Shown: positions 27,379 through 36,394 of the stretch, one piece after another
Layout: each line of letters begins with the position of its first letter
Numbering within the stretch: the first letter of the stretch is position 1
DNA from: Oscillospiraceae bacterium
GTDB lineage: Bacteria > Bacillota > Clostridia > Oscillospirales > Oscillospiraceae
DNA: 64,000 nucleotides
Direction of reading: 5' to 3'
Assembly: GCA_040307975.1 (NCBI GenBank)
Contig: JAWRIJ010000080.1
Span: forward strand, 3,390 to 67,389
The notes under the pieces: generated by a model
Databases searched by the model: none
The model's input: the letters and a program-made list of their open reading frames with translations, nothing else
Told to the model about the DNA's origin: nothing
Made by a program: the position numbers and the translations under genes

Positions 27379-28719
27379 ATGGATTATGCCGCGCTTTACA
27401 AACAGAAGCTGACAACCGCCGAAGAGGCCGTCAAGGTCGTCAAATCCGGCGATTGGGTCGATTACGGTTGGTGCACCAACCATCCGTATACGCTCGACAA
27501 GGCGCTTGCCAAGCGGAAAGATGAGCTCAAGGACGTCAAGTTCCGCGGCGGCGTGACGCTTTGGATGCCCGCGGTGGCCGAGGCTGAAGACGGTGAGGGG
27601 CACTTTGTTTGGCATTCCTGGCACTGCACGGGCGTTGACCGCAAGATCATCACGGCAGGCAAGGGCTTCTTTTCACCCATGCGTTACAGCGAGCTGCCGC
27701 GCTTCTACCGCGATGGCAACGCCAAGGTCGACGTCGCCATGATTCAGGTCACGCCGATGGACAACCACGGAAACTTCAGCTTTGCGCTCGGCGCGTCGCA
27801 CCTTGCGGACATGCTCGCGAACGCGAAGAAAATCATCGTCGAGGTCAACAAGAATCAGCCTTGGGTCTTTGGCCTCACCGGCACGGAAATCAACGTCAAG
27901 GATGTCGATTACGTTGTCGAGGGCGAAAATCCGCCGGTCGGCGCACTGCCGCCCGCGGCGGAGCCGACTCCCGTTGACGTTGCGGTGGCAAACCTCGTCG
28001 TGCCGGAGATACCGAACGGCGCGTGCCTTCAGCTCGGCATCGGCGGTATGCCAAACACCATCGGTTCGGTGCTCGCGACCTCGGATCTCAAGGATCTCTC
28101 CGCCCACACCGAGATGTACGTCGACGGCTTCGTCGACCTCGCGCTTGCGGGCAAGATCACGGGCAAAAACAAGGCGATCGACAAGGGCCGCCAGGTCTAC
28201 GCGTTTGCCGCGGGTACGCAGAAGATGTACGACTACATGGATCGCAACCCCGACGTCATGGCAGCGCCGGTGGACTACACCAACGACGTGCGCGTCATCG
28301 CGCAGATCGACAACTTTATCTCCATCAACAACGCCATCGACTGCGATCTCTACGGTCAGGTGAACGCCGAATCCGCCGGCATCAAGCACATTTCCGGCAC
28401 CGGCGGGCAGCTTGACTTCTGCATGGGCGCTTACCTGTCCAACGGCGGCAAAAGCTTCATCTGCATGTCCTCCACCGTCAAGGGCAAGGACGGCACGGTC
28501 AAGAGCCGCATTGTGCCTACGCTCACGCCCGGCTCCATTGCTACCGATCCGCGCTCCTGCACGCAGTACATTGTTACCGAGTACGGCATGGTCAACCTCA
28601 AGGGCCTCTCCACGTGGGAGAGGGCGGAGGCGCTGATCTCCATTGCGCATCCCGACTTCCGCGAGGAGCTGATCGCGGAAGCGGAAAAAATGCGCATTTG
28701 GCGCAAAAGCAACAAGTGA
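27379..28719 (+). CDS. but: Butyryl-CoA:acetate CoA-transferase (acetyl-CoA hydrolase/transferase family)
   Basis: [53 protein letters not shown] and [10 protein letters not shown]. The N- and C-termini resemble gut-Clostridia But enzymes. Confidence 0.82.
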   Translation: MDYAALYKQKLTTAEEAVKVVKSGDWVDYGWCTNHPYTLDKALAKRKDELKDVKFRGGVTLWMPAVAEAEDGEGHFVWHSWHCTGVDRKIITAGKGFFSPMRYSELPRFYRDGNAKVDVAMIQVTPMDNHGNFSFALGASHLADMLANAKKIIVEVNKNQPWVFGLTGTEINVKDVDYVVEGENPPVGALPPAAEPTPVDVAVANLVVPEIPNGACLQLGIGGMPNTIGSVLATSDLKDLSAHTEMYVDGFVDLALAGKITGKNKAIDKGRQVYAFAAGTQKMYDYMDRNPDVMAAPVDYTNDVRVIAQIDNFISINNAIDCDLYGQVNAESAGIKHISGTGGQLDFCMGAYLSNGGKSFICMSSTVKGKDGTVKSRIVPTLTPGSIATDPRSCTQYIVTEYGMVNLKGLSTWERAEALISIAHPDFREELIAEAEKMRIWRKSNK

Positions 28720-28735
28720 ATCGGTTCCTTGGCAG

Positions 28736-28767
28736 AAAAATCAGGCTTCATACGAAGCCTGATTTTT
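28736..28767 (+). terminator. Intrinsic terminator after but
   Basis: AAAAATCAGGCTTC-ATAC-GAAGCCTGATTTTTT. Confidence 0.88.
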
Positions 28768-28791
28768 TACGTTTTCGACAGGAAAAACCTC

Positions 28792-28820
28792 TTGAAAAAA
28801 CCAAAAAAAACCATTATACT
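28792..28820 (+). promoter_or_regulatory. sigma-A promoter of carD-ispD-ispF
   Basis: TTGAAA, 17 bp, TATACT. Confidence 0.75.
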
Positions 28821-28894
28821 ATGGATGGGTTATTATGCCTATTATTGGCGGACGTGGGACAAGACCATGAATTGCCAGAGAGGAGGTGGGCTGA

Positions 28895-29389
28895 ATGTAC
28901 CAGATCGGAGACAAAATCGTACACCCGATGCATGGTGCCGGCGTGATCGAAAGTATCGTGGAAGAAAAGATCAGCGGCGCGATGATCCCGTTTTACGTGT
29001 TCAAAATGCCCATCTCCGGACTGACGCTGAAAATTCCGACGGCGAACAGCGACATGATCGGCATTCGCGCCGTATCGTCCAAAGAGGCGGTCGAGTCCGT
29101 GATCGGAAAGATCCCGAGTTTGAGCATTGACATGACCGCGAACTGGAACCACCGCTACCGCGAGAATATGGAGCGGATCAAAAGCGGCGACCTGCTGGAG
29201 GTTGCCGGCGTCATCAAGGCGCTGATGCACCGCGACAGCGAGCGAGGGCTTTCCAACGGGGAGCGCAAGATGCTCCACAGTGCCAAGCAGATATTGATTT
29301 CGGAGATCGTGCTGGCGGAGAGTGTGGATTACCCGGACGCGGAGGCGCGTGTCAATGCCGTCATGCTGGAAAAGGAGAGCGCATCCTGA
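28895..29389 (+). CDS. carD: CarD family transcriptional regulator
   Basis: YQIGDKIVHPMHGAGVI, NWNHRYR and LSNGERKML. Confidence 0.93.
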   Translation: MYQIGDKIVHPMHGAGVIESIVEEKISGAMIPFYVFKMPISGLTLKIPTANSDMIGIRAVSSKEAVESVIGKIPSLSIDMTANWNHRYRENMERIKSGDLLEVAGVIKALMHRDSERGLSNGERKMLHSAKQILISEIVLAESVDYPDAEARVNAVMLEKESAS

Positions 29390-30117
29390 TGAAGCTCTGG
29401 AAAAAACTGTTCCCCAACCATCGTCCCGCGCATCCGTACTGCTCGGCAGTGATCGCGGCGGCGGGTTCCTCACAGCGGATGGAGGGGGAGAACAAGCTCC
29501 TGCTGCCGCTCGGCGGCAAGCCCGTGCTCGCGCATACGCTTCAGGCGATCGACCGATCCCCGAGCATCCGAGAGATCATCATCGCCGCGCGTGAAGAGGA
29601 TATGGTTCGCTTTGCTGATTTGTGCAAGGCGTGGGGCATTGAGAAGCCTGTCAAGATCGTCCTTGGCGGCAAAACGCGCGCGGAATCCGTTCTCCGCGCC
29701 GCAGCGGAGGTGAACGAGGACGCGGATCTGATCGCCGTGCAGGACGGTGCGCGCCCGTTTATCACAAGTGAGCTGGTCGAGCGCGTCGTTGAGGCGGCGC
29801 GCGTCAATTTTGCCGCCGCCCCCGCAATCCCCGTCAAGGATACGATCAAGGTCGCGGTCGACAACATTGTGCGCGAGACGCCGGATCGTTCAATGCTCTT
29901 CGCTGTGCAGACGCCACAGGTGTTCGACGCGCAGCTCCTGCGCGCAGCGCTTCAGTCTGCGCTGGATGCCGGCGTCAGGCTGACGGATGATTGTTCCGCT
30001 GTGGAGCGCATTGGCAAGGAAATATACTTGACGGAAGGCGATGAGCGGAACATTAAGATCACGACGCCGCTGGATCTTTTTTTGGCAGAGGCGATCCTGA
30101 ACAGAAGGGAATCGTAA
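29389..30117 (+). CDS. ispD: 2-C-methyl-D-erythritol 4-phosphate cytidylyltransferase
   Basis: AAGSSQRM, QDGARPF, VQTPQVF, TDDCS and NIKITTP. Confidence 0.95.
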   Translation: MKLWKKLFPNHRPAHPYCSAVIAAAGSSQRMEGENKLLLPLGGKPVLAHTLQAIDRSPSIREIIIAAREEDMVRFADLCKAWGIEKPVKIVLGGKTRAESVLRAAAEVNEDADLIAVQDGARPFITSELVERVVEAARVNFAAAPAIPVKDTIKVAVDNIVRETPDRSMLFAVQTPQVFDAQLLRAALQSALDAGVRLTDDCSAVERIGKEIYLTEGDERNIKITTPLDLFLAEAILNRRES

Positions 30118-30132
30118 GGATTCCCTTTTTTC
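30105..30132 (+). terminator. Terminator-like hairpin overlapping the ispD stop, between ispD and ispF
   Basis: AAGGGAATC-GTAAG-GATTCCCTT followed by a T tract. Confidence 0.55.
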
Positions 30133-30150
30133 TTTGGAGAGGAGAAGCGC

Positions 30151-30636
30151 ATGACAAATCTGCGGATTGGACACGGATATGACGTACACTGCCTGACCGA
30201 GGGACGCGAGCTTGTTTTAGGCGGCGTGAAGGTGCCGTTTGAAAAGGGGCTGGACGGACATTCGGACGCCGACGTGCTGCTGCATGCGGTCATGGACGCG
30301 CTGCTCGGCGCGGCGGCGCTCGGCGACATCGGAAAGCTTTTCCCAAACACGGATGAAGCATACCGCGGCGCGTCGAGCCTCATGCTGCTCGGCGAGGTCG
30401 CAAGACGCATCGCGGCGACGGGCTACGCCGTCGTCAACATCGACGCGACGGTGCTCGCCCAGCGGCCAAAGCTTGCGCCCTACCGTGAGCGGATGCGGGA
30501 GAACATTGCCCACGCGCTGGACATGGACGTTTCATGTGTGAGCGTGAAGGCAACGACAGAGGAGGGGCTTGGCTTTACCGGACGCGGCGAAGGCATTGCG
30601 GCACACGCGGTCGTGCTGCTGGAAAGGCTCGGATAA
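30151..30636 (+). CDS. ispF: 2-C-methyl-D-erythritol 2,4-cyclodiphosphate synthase
   Basis: [20 protein letters not shown] and [10 protein letters not shown]. Confidence 0.97.
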   Translation: MTNLRIGHGYDVHCLTEGRELVLGGVKVPFEKGLDGHSDADVLLHAVMDALLGAAALGDIGKLFPNTDEAYRGASSLMLLGEVARRIAATGYAVVNIDATVLAQRPKLAPYRERMRENIAHALDMDVSCVSVKATTEEGLGFTGRGEGIAAHAVVLLERLG

Positions 30637-30653
30637 AACGGATAGGGGCAGGG

Positions 30654-30683
30654 GACGGGACGCGGCGTGCGTCCCGTCTTTTT
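30654..30683 (+). terminator. Intrinsic terminator after ispF
   Basis: GACGGGACGC-GGCGT-GCGTCCCGTC followed by TTTTT. Confidence 0.8.
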
Positions 30684-30712
30684 GCACTTCGCTCCGTTGA
30701 AAGGCATATCAT
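30684..30712 (+). promoter_or_regulatory. Putative sigma-K-type promoter of DUF3343-desulfurase
   Basis: gcAC, 17 bp, CATATCAT. No sigma-A match was seen between the terminator and the RBS. Confidence 0.45.
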
Positions 30713-30732
30713 GCGGTAAAGGAGGTTTCCCT

Positions 30733-30984
30733 ATGGACCATTATCTCTTTACCGCGCGCTCCATTACACATGCCCAGCGGATGGCGCAGGTACTTGAGCG
30801 CGCCGGCGTCCCCGTAAAAATGCGCCGCATCGGCAGGGAACTGACGAAAAGCGGCTGCGGATATATGATTCAAATCCCACAGCGCCGCTATGCGCAGGCG
30901 GTCGAGGCGCTGCACGACGCAGGAGTCCGTCCGGTCAAGGTCTTTTCCATGTCCGGCGGCATGATGCACGAGGTGGCGATGTGA
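30733..30984 (+). CDS. DUF3343-family small protein
   Basis: YLFTARSITHAQR...RELTKSGCGY (TF-S-T-A and GCG pattern). AAGGAGG RBS; coupled to the desulfurase. Confidence 0.75.
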   Translation: MDHYLFTARSITHAQRMAQVLERAGVPVKMRRIGRELTKSGCGYMIQIPQRRYAQAVEALHDAGVRPVKVFSMSGGMMHEVAM

Positions 30985-32102
30985 TCTATCTAGACAGTGC
31001 GGCGACTACCTTTCAGAAGCCTGTGTCCGTCCGAAACGCCGTGATGCGGGCGATGCAGACGATGAGCTCGCCGGGGCGCGGCGGCTATCCGAGCGCCCGC
31101 GCGGCGGAGGAGCTGCTGTTCCGTTGCCGCAGCCTCGCCGCGGAGCAGTTCGGCGTTTCAGAGCCGGAGCGCGTGATCTTCGCGACGAGCGCGACGCACG
31201 GGCTGAACATTGCAATCAAGAGCCTTGTGCCGCGCGGCGGGCGCGCGGTCATTTCCGGCTATGAGCACAACGCCGTGACACGCCCGCTGCACGCGCTGGA
31301 GGCGGAAACCATTGTCGCAGAGTCGGCGCCGTTTGACCAAATTGGCTGTACTAGGGCGTTTGCCAAGGTGCTTCGGCGCGGCGCGGACGCTGTGGTCTGC
31401 ACGACGGCCTCCAATGTTTTTGGCTGCGTTTTGCCAATCGGGGAGATTGCATCTCTCTGCCGTAAGTCAAACGTGCCGTTGATCGTGGACGCCTCGCAGT
31501 CGGCGGGTGTGCTGCCGCTCAATATGGCGGAACTCGGCGCGGCGTTTGTCGCAATGCCGGGACACAAGGGGCTTTATGGCCCGCAGGGGACAGGGCTTCT
31601 GCTCTGCGGCACGGAACCGAAGCCTCTTATCGAGGGGGGGACGGGCAGCGAATCGCTGAGACAGGAGATGCCGGTGTTTCTGCCTGACCGCTTGGAGGCG
31701 GGGACGCATAACGTACCCGGAATTGCAGGCTTGGAGGCGGGTCTGCGCTTTGTACGCGACACGACGCCGGAGCGCATCCTGCGCCATGAGCGCGCGCTCA
31801 TCCACCGTGCCGCGGAAGGGCTTCGCCGATTCGACGAGATAACCGTCTATACCGCGGAGGATTTTGGCGAGCAGCTCGGTGTGCTCTCCTTTACCGTACG
31901 GGACCGCAAGCCGGAGGAGGTCGCAGAGCGCCTGGCGGAGCGCGGCGTCGCGGTGCGCGCGGGCTATCATTGTGCGCCGCTGGCGCACCGCAGCGGCGGG
32001 ACGCTGGAACACGGAACGGTGCGCCTGAGCGTTTCCGCGTTCAACCGCGCGGAGGAAATCGACGGATTTTTACGCGTGATGCGGGGCATCCTGTCGAAGT
32101 AG
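30981..32102 (+). CDS. Class V aminotransferase / cysteine desulfurase family protein
   Basis: MIYLDSAATTFQKP, PGHKGLYGPQG (PLP lysine) and VRAGYHCAPLAH (catalytic Cys). Confidence 0.9.
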   Translation: MIYLDSAATTFQKPVSVRNAVMRAMQTMSSPGRGGYPSARAAEELLFRCRSLAAEQFGVSEPERVIFATSATHGLNIAIKSLVPRGGRAVISGYEHNAVTRPLHALEAETIVAESAPFDQIGCTRAFAKVLRRGADAVVCTTASNVFGCVLPIGEIASLCRKSNVPLIVDASQSAGVLPLNMAELGAAFVAMPGHKGLYGPQGTGLLLCGTEPKPLIEGGTGSESLRQEMPVFLPDRLEAGTHNVPGIAGLEAGLRFVRDTTPERILRHERALIHRAAEGLRRFDEITVYTAEDFGEQLGVLSFTVRDRKPEEVAERLAERGVAVRAGYHCAPLAHRSGGTLEHGTVRLSVSAFNRAEEIDGFLRVMRGILSK

Positions 32103-32109
32103 CCCAATT

Positions 32110-32204
32110 TTCACCGCAGATTTCACGGAAAATTCACAGCTCTCCCCGTTGCATTTTTCCGGCGCTTATATTAGAATAAGTCTAACTGTGACATGATGTT
32201 CACA
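32110..32204 (+). promoter_or_regulatory. cdaA promoter with upstream direct repeats and a downstream palindrome
   Basis: TTCAC three times at 32110, 32122 and 32133; TTGCAT, 17 bp, TAGAAT (32149-77); TGTGA-N8-TCACA at 32187-32204. Confidence 0.6.
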
Positions 32205-32224
32205 ATAAGATAGGGAGAGTACGG

Positions 32225-33118
32225 ATGGAAGTCATTGCAACGGTGTTTGACGGCGCGGTGCGCTATCTTGGCACGATCCGGCTGACAGACTGGCTGGACA
32301 TTGCGCTGATGGCGTATCTGCTGTACCGCGCGTTGAAGCTGGTCGTCGTTTCCCGCGCGGCCAATCTGGGGCGCGGCGTTCTGATTTTTTTGGGCGCGCT
32401 GCTTGCGTCCTATGTTCTGCAACTCAACAGCATCAACTTTATCCTGCGCAATATCGTGACCACCGGCGTGATCGCGCTGATCGTTCTCTTTCAGCCGGAG
32501 CTCCGCCATCTGCTCGAACAGGTCGGCTCCAGCCGGCTCAGTACGTTCAACCCGTTTGCCCACGTGCAGCAGACGAGTGTGATCGAGACCACGATCATGC
32601 AGACGGTGAACGCCTGCGCCGAGATGTCGGAATCCCGCACGGGCTTGCTGATCGTCTTCGAGCGGAGCATGAAGCTGGACGACATCGCGCGCACCGGCAC
32701 CATCGTTGACGCGCAGGTTTCGAGCCAGCTGCTTAAAAACATTTTCTTCGTCAAGGCAGCCATGCACGACGGCGCGGTCATCATCCGCGACGGGCGTTTG
32801 CTCGCGGCGGGTTGTATTCTGCCGCTGTCGCGCAACGTGAACATCAGCCGCGACCTTGGCACGCGTCACCGCGCGGGCATCGGCATGAGCGAGAATTCGG
32901 ACGCGGTCATCGTTATCGTCTCCGAGGAGACCGGTGCGATCTCGGTTGCTATTCGCGGCGTACTCAAGCGCCACCTGACGCCGCAGACGCTGGAAAAGCT
33001 CCTGACGAACGAGCTGATGCCGTCGGCTGAAGAAGAGGAAACGCGGGAAAAATTCCGTTTCCGCATGCCGTGGCAGACCAAAGAGGAAAAGGGGGCGGGC
33101 AGCCGTGCAGATGAGTAA
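32225..33118 (+). CDS. cdaA: Diadenylate cyclase CdaA (DacA)
   Basis: Three N-terminal TM helices, DGA motif (MHDGAVII), LGTRHRAG and VSEETG. Confidence 0.95.
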   Translation: MEVIATVFDGAVRYLGTIRLTDWLDIALMAYLLYRALKLVVVSRAANLGRGVLIFLGALLASYVLQLNSINFILRNIVTTGVIALIVLFQPELRHLLEQVGSSRLSTFNPFAHVQQTSVIETTIMQTVNACAEMSESRTGLLIVFERSMKLDDIARTGTIVDAQVSSQLLKNIFFVKAAMHDGAVIIRDGRLLAAGCILPLSRNVNISRDLGTRHRAGIGMSENSDAVIVIVSEETGAISVAIRGVLKRHLTPQTLEKLLTNELMPSAEEEETREKFRFRMPWQTKEEKGAGSRADE

Positions 33119-34442
33119 CGGACGCAAGGCGTTCTTTATCACCGCCTCGATCGTGATGTCGTTTATCCTGTGGTTCTATGTGAACAACAGCGCCGATGTC
33201 GACGTCGTCATCAACGGGATACCGGTAGAGTTCTTCAACGCGGAATCCGCGCTTGCCAACAAGGGCTTCGTCCTCAACAGCGGGAGCGATACCACCGAGG
33301 ATCTGGTGCTCAATATGCCGCGCAGCATGGTCTACGGTTTTGACACCTCGCGTGTGCGGCTCGTTGCCGACCTCAGCTCGGTCAATTCGACCGGAACGCA
33401 GACAATCACCTATTCGATCATTTATCCGCCGGACACCAACACGAGGCAGATTTCCGTGAAATCGCCATCCGTCCGCACCGTTTCCGTGCGAATCGGCGAA
33501 TTGTTCCGCAGAAGCGATGTCGAGATACGCTGCAAGCTGGTCGGCAATGTGGCGGACGGCTATGTCGCGGGCACCGTGCAGATTTTGCCGGAGACGCTGG
33601 AGATCTGGGGCCAGCAGAGCGACCTGATGAAGGTGAGTTACGCGCAGGTCACGCTGAACATTGAAAACGCGCGTTCGACGATCGTGGAGCTTTTGGAGTA
33701 TGAGCTTTACGATCATGACGACAAGCTCATTGAGAATCGGAGCATCCACAGCTCAAGCAATGCCGTGCAAGTGACGATGCCGGTCATTTCGGCGACGGAC
33801 ATTCCTCTGAAGGTCAATTTCATCGAGGAGCCCGGCGTCCGCCTCAGCAGCTTCGATTACTCGCTGGATGTTGAATCGGTCACGCTTTCCGGCGACGCGA
33901 ACCTGATCGCACAGACCAAGGAGATCGAACTCGGCAGCATCCGCCTTTCCGATATAACCGGCGAGCAGACCTTTACCTACGGGGTACCGATTCCGGAAGG
34001 GTTGACCAACCTAAGCGGCGTTACCACGGCGGTATTGTATATCAGAAACAGGGACATCGAGACGCGGGATATGACCGTGACGCAGTTCAATTACGAGAAT
34101 TTTGCCGCGTCGGAGCGCGTTGTGGAGGTCGTCACCTCGTCTCTGAACGTGACGCTGCGTGGTCCGAAAGAACTGATTGAGACGCTTTCAAGCGGTGATG
34201 TGACGGCTGTTGCGGATCTTTCGGACGTCAACAACGCGAGCGGCACTTATACCGTCCCAGCCATTATTCGTGTGAACGGCGATCTGGACATTGGAACCGC
34301 GCAGGCCTATCAGTTGACCGTGCGCATCAGCCGTCCGGAGCCAACAGAACCCGTGCCACAGAGCGGGGAAACGGAAGAACGTCCCGGCGAGCAGCAACCG
34401 GAGCAGCCGGAGCAGCCGGAGCAGGAGAGCAATAACACATGA
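33105..34442 (+). CDS. cdaR: CdaR/YbbR-like regulator of diadenylate cyclase
   Basis: N-terminal TM helix (ASIVMSFILWFYV), repeated YbbR-like beta domains (VTLRGP...AVADLS), directly after cdaA. Confidence 0.85.
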   Translation: MQMSNGRKAFFITASIVMSFILWFYVNNSADVDVVINGIPVEFFNAESALANKGFVLNSGSDTTEDLVLNMPRSMVYGFDTSRVRLVADLSSVNSTGTQTITYSIIYPPDTNTRQISVKSPSVRTVSVRIGELFRRSDVEIRCKLVGNVADGYVAGTVQILPETLEIWGQQSDLMKVSYAQVTLNIENARSTIVELLEYELYDHDDKLIENRSIHSSSNAVQVTMPVISATDIPLKVNFIEEPGVRLSSFDYSLDVESVTLSGDANLIAQTKEIELGSIRLSDITGEQTFTYGVPIPEGLTNLSGVTTAVLYIRNRDIETRDMTVTQFNYENFAASERVVEVVTSSLNVTLRGPKELIETLSSGDVTAVADLSDVNNASGTYTVPAIIRVNGDLDIGTAQAYQLTVRISRPEPTEPVPQSGETEERPGEQQPEQPEQPEQESNNT

Positions 34443-34843
34443 CACAGATCGCAACCGTTGAGAAAACCTTATCCGGCAGTCGCGCCGAGATTTCCGTGGC
34501 GCGCCAGTCCGCTTGCGCGCACGACTGCCATGAATGCGCGGGCTGCGGCGGTACGGTTGCGCCGGTGCGCGCGGTCGCGGAGAACCCGATCGGCGCGCGG
34601 GCGGGGGACAAGGTGGTTGTGGAAAGCGAAACGCGCAAGGTATTTGGCGTGATCCTGCTGGTTTACATGGTGCCGGTGGCGCTGTTTTTCCTCGCTTACT
34701 TTGCCTTTCCGCTTCCGAGCGACGGCGCGCGCGCCGCGGCGGCGGTCTGTGCTTTTTTCCTCGGCATCGTTCCGGCGGTTCTGTACGACCGCCGCGTTAG
34801 GCGCGACGGCGGGATGCGCTTCACCATTGTGCGGCTGTTCTGA
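34439..34843 (+). CDS. RseC/MucC family (SoxR-reducing system) membrane protein
   Basis: SACAHDCHECAGC, NPIGARAGDKVVV and two TM helices with the YxxP motif. Confidence 0.82.
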   Translation: MTQIATVEKTLSGSRAEISVARQSACAHDCHECAGCGGTVAPVRAVAENPIGARAGDKVVVESETRKVFGVILLVYMVPVALFFLAYFAFPLPSDGARAAAAVCAFFLGIVPAVLYDRRVRRDGGMRFTIVRLF

Positions 34844-34848
34844 CGGAC

Positions 34849-35727
34849 GTGTTTGGATATGTACGGCCCGCCATGCCGCGCCTTTCCAACACGGAGCGGG
34901 AGCGGTTTCACGGCGTTTACTGCGGCCTTTGCCACGCGCTTGGAAGACGTTATGGCTTTGCGGCGAGGTTTCTGCTCAATTTTGACTTTACTTTTCTTGC
35001 CATCCTGCTTCTGCGAGGTGAGGACGCGCCTTGCGAACGCAGGCGCTGCGCCGCGCATCCCTGCAAGGGCTGTGCGGCGGCTCACGCGGCGGCGCTCGAC
35101 ACGGCGGCGAATCACAGCGTGATCCTTGCGTGGTGGCAGATACAGGATCACATCGTGGATCACGGGCTTTTCGCAGGACTCAAGTACCGTCTTGCGGCAC
35201 TTTTCCTCAGCGGAGCCTATCGGAAAGCGCGCGCGGTGCTGCCCACGTTCGACGAGTCGGTGCGGCGGCGTCTCCGCGAGCTGAACGAGCGTGAGCGCGA
35301 GCGCTGCGCGTCGCTCGACGCGGCGGCAGAGCCATTTGCCGCGCTGCTGGCAAGTATCGCGGAGGCCGAAGGCGACAAGACGCGGCGGCGCGTTCTGCGC
35401 CAGATTTTCTACCATTTGGGCCGCTGGATCTATCTGATCGACGCGGCGGATGACTTCAAGAGCGACGCGCGAAGCGGGAACTATAACCCGCTCCGCTACC
35501 GATACGGCGTCGAGGGGAATGAGTTGTCCGAGGAGTCAAAGCTTGCGCTCGGCGAGACGCTGGACGCGTCGATCCGCCAAATGGCAGCCGCCTATGCGCT
35601 GCTGGATGAGGGCGTGTGGACAAGCATCCTCGACAGCGTGTTTTACGACAGCCTCTATGGCATTGGAAAAGCCGTGCTGGACGGCGTTTACCGCAAACCG
35701 CCGCGACGGTGGAAAAACAGACCTTGA
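34849..35727 (+). CDS. DUF5685-family protein
   Basis: MFGYVRP, YCGLCHALG, DFTFLAILL and GRWIYLIDAADD...YNPL. Confidence 0.8.
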   Translation: MFGYVRPAMPRLSNTERERFHGVYCGLCHALGRRYGFAARFLLNFDFTFLAILLLRGEDAPCERRRCAAHPCKGCAAAHAAALDTAANHSVILAWWQIQDHIVDHGLFAGLKYRLAALFLSGAYRKARAVLPTFDESVRRRLRELNERERERCASLDAAAEPFAALLASIAEAEGDKTRRRVLRQIFYHLGRWIYLIDAADDFKSDARSGNYNPLRYRYGVEGNELSEESKLALGETLDASIRQMAAAYALLDEGVWTSILDSVFYDSLYGIGKAVLDGVYRKPPRRWKNRP

Positions 35728-35740
35728 GTGAGGACACGAT

Positions 35741-36370
35741 ATGAGCGATCCCTACAAAGTCCTGAATATTGCGCCCACTGCGACCGACGACGAGGTTAAG
35801 CACGCCTATCGGGAGCTCGCGCGCAAATACCACCCTGACAACTATCACGACAATCCGCTTGCCGATCTCGCGCAGGAGAAGATGAAGGAGATCAACGAGG
35901 CGTACGATCAGATCCAGCGCCAGCGCAAAAACGGCGCCGCGGCGGCGCCGCGGCAAGGCGGGGATCACAACCGTTCCCGCCGCTACAGCGACGGCGGAGC
36001 CTCCGGCGCGGGCGGGAACAGCGAGATGCAGCGGATACGCCGTGCGATCAACAGCGGCGATATTTCATTGGCGGAGCGGCTGCTTGGCGCCTGCGCGGAG
36101 CGCGGCGCGGAGTGGAACTTTCTCATGGGCGTCGTCTGCTCGCGTCGCGGCTGGATGGACGACGCCAAGCAATATTTGGAAAAGGCCTGCCGCATGGATC
36201 CCTATAATGAGGAGTACCGCGACGCGCTCGGCGCGCTCGGCGGCAGGGACTACCATCCGGACGGCTATCGCGGCTTCGGAACGATGACCTATGGAGACAG
36301 CGATTGCATGCGGCTTTGCGCCGCGTGGTCGTGCTGCGTATTGAGCGGCGGAAGGTGCTGCATTTGCTGA
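35741..36370 (+). CDS. J-domain protein with a TPR-like segment and Cys-rich C-terminus
   Basis: DPYKVL...[20 protein letters not shown]...DPYNEEY, and a tail [12 protein letters not shown]...RCCIC. Confidence 0.88.
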   Translation: MSDPYKVLNIAPTATDDEVKHAYRELARKYHPDNYHDNPLADLAQEKMKEINEAYDQIQRQRKNGAAAAPRQGGDHNRSRRYSDGGASGAGGNSEMQRIRRAINSGDISLAERLLGACAERGAEWNFLMGVVCSRRGWMDDAKQYLEKACRMDPYNEEYRDALGALGGRDYHPDGYRGFGTMTYGDSDCMRLCAAWSCCVLSGGRCCIC

Positions 36371-36394
36371 TGAGATAAGGAGATGTCATAAGAG

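Noticed and set aside
30979-30990. Selenocysteine read-through joining DUF3343 to the desulfurase
   Set aside because: The TGA overlaps the next gene's GTG in a different frame, which is ordinary translational coupling, and I saw no SECIS-like hairpin.
32187-32204. Rex or CRP/FNR box
   Set aside because: The TGTGA and TCACA half-sites are 8 bp apart rather than 6, so it is kept only as an unassigned palindrome.
34385-34430. 9-bp tandem repeats (CAGCCGGAG) at the end of cdaR
   Set aside because: They simply encode a low-complexity QPE tail, and unit changes would keep the frame, so they are not a phase-variation tract.
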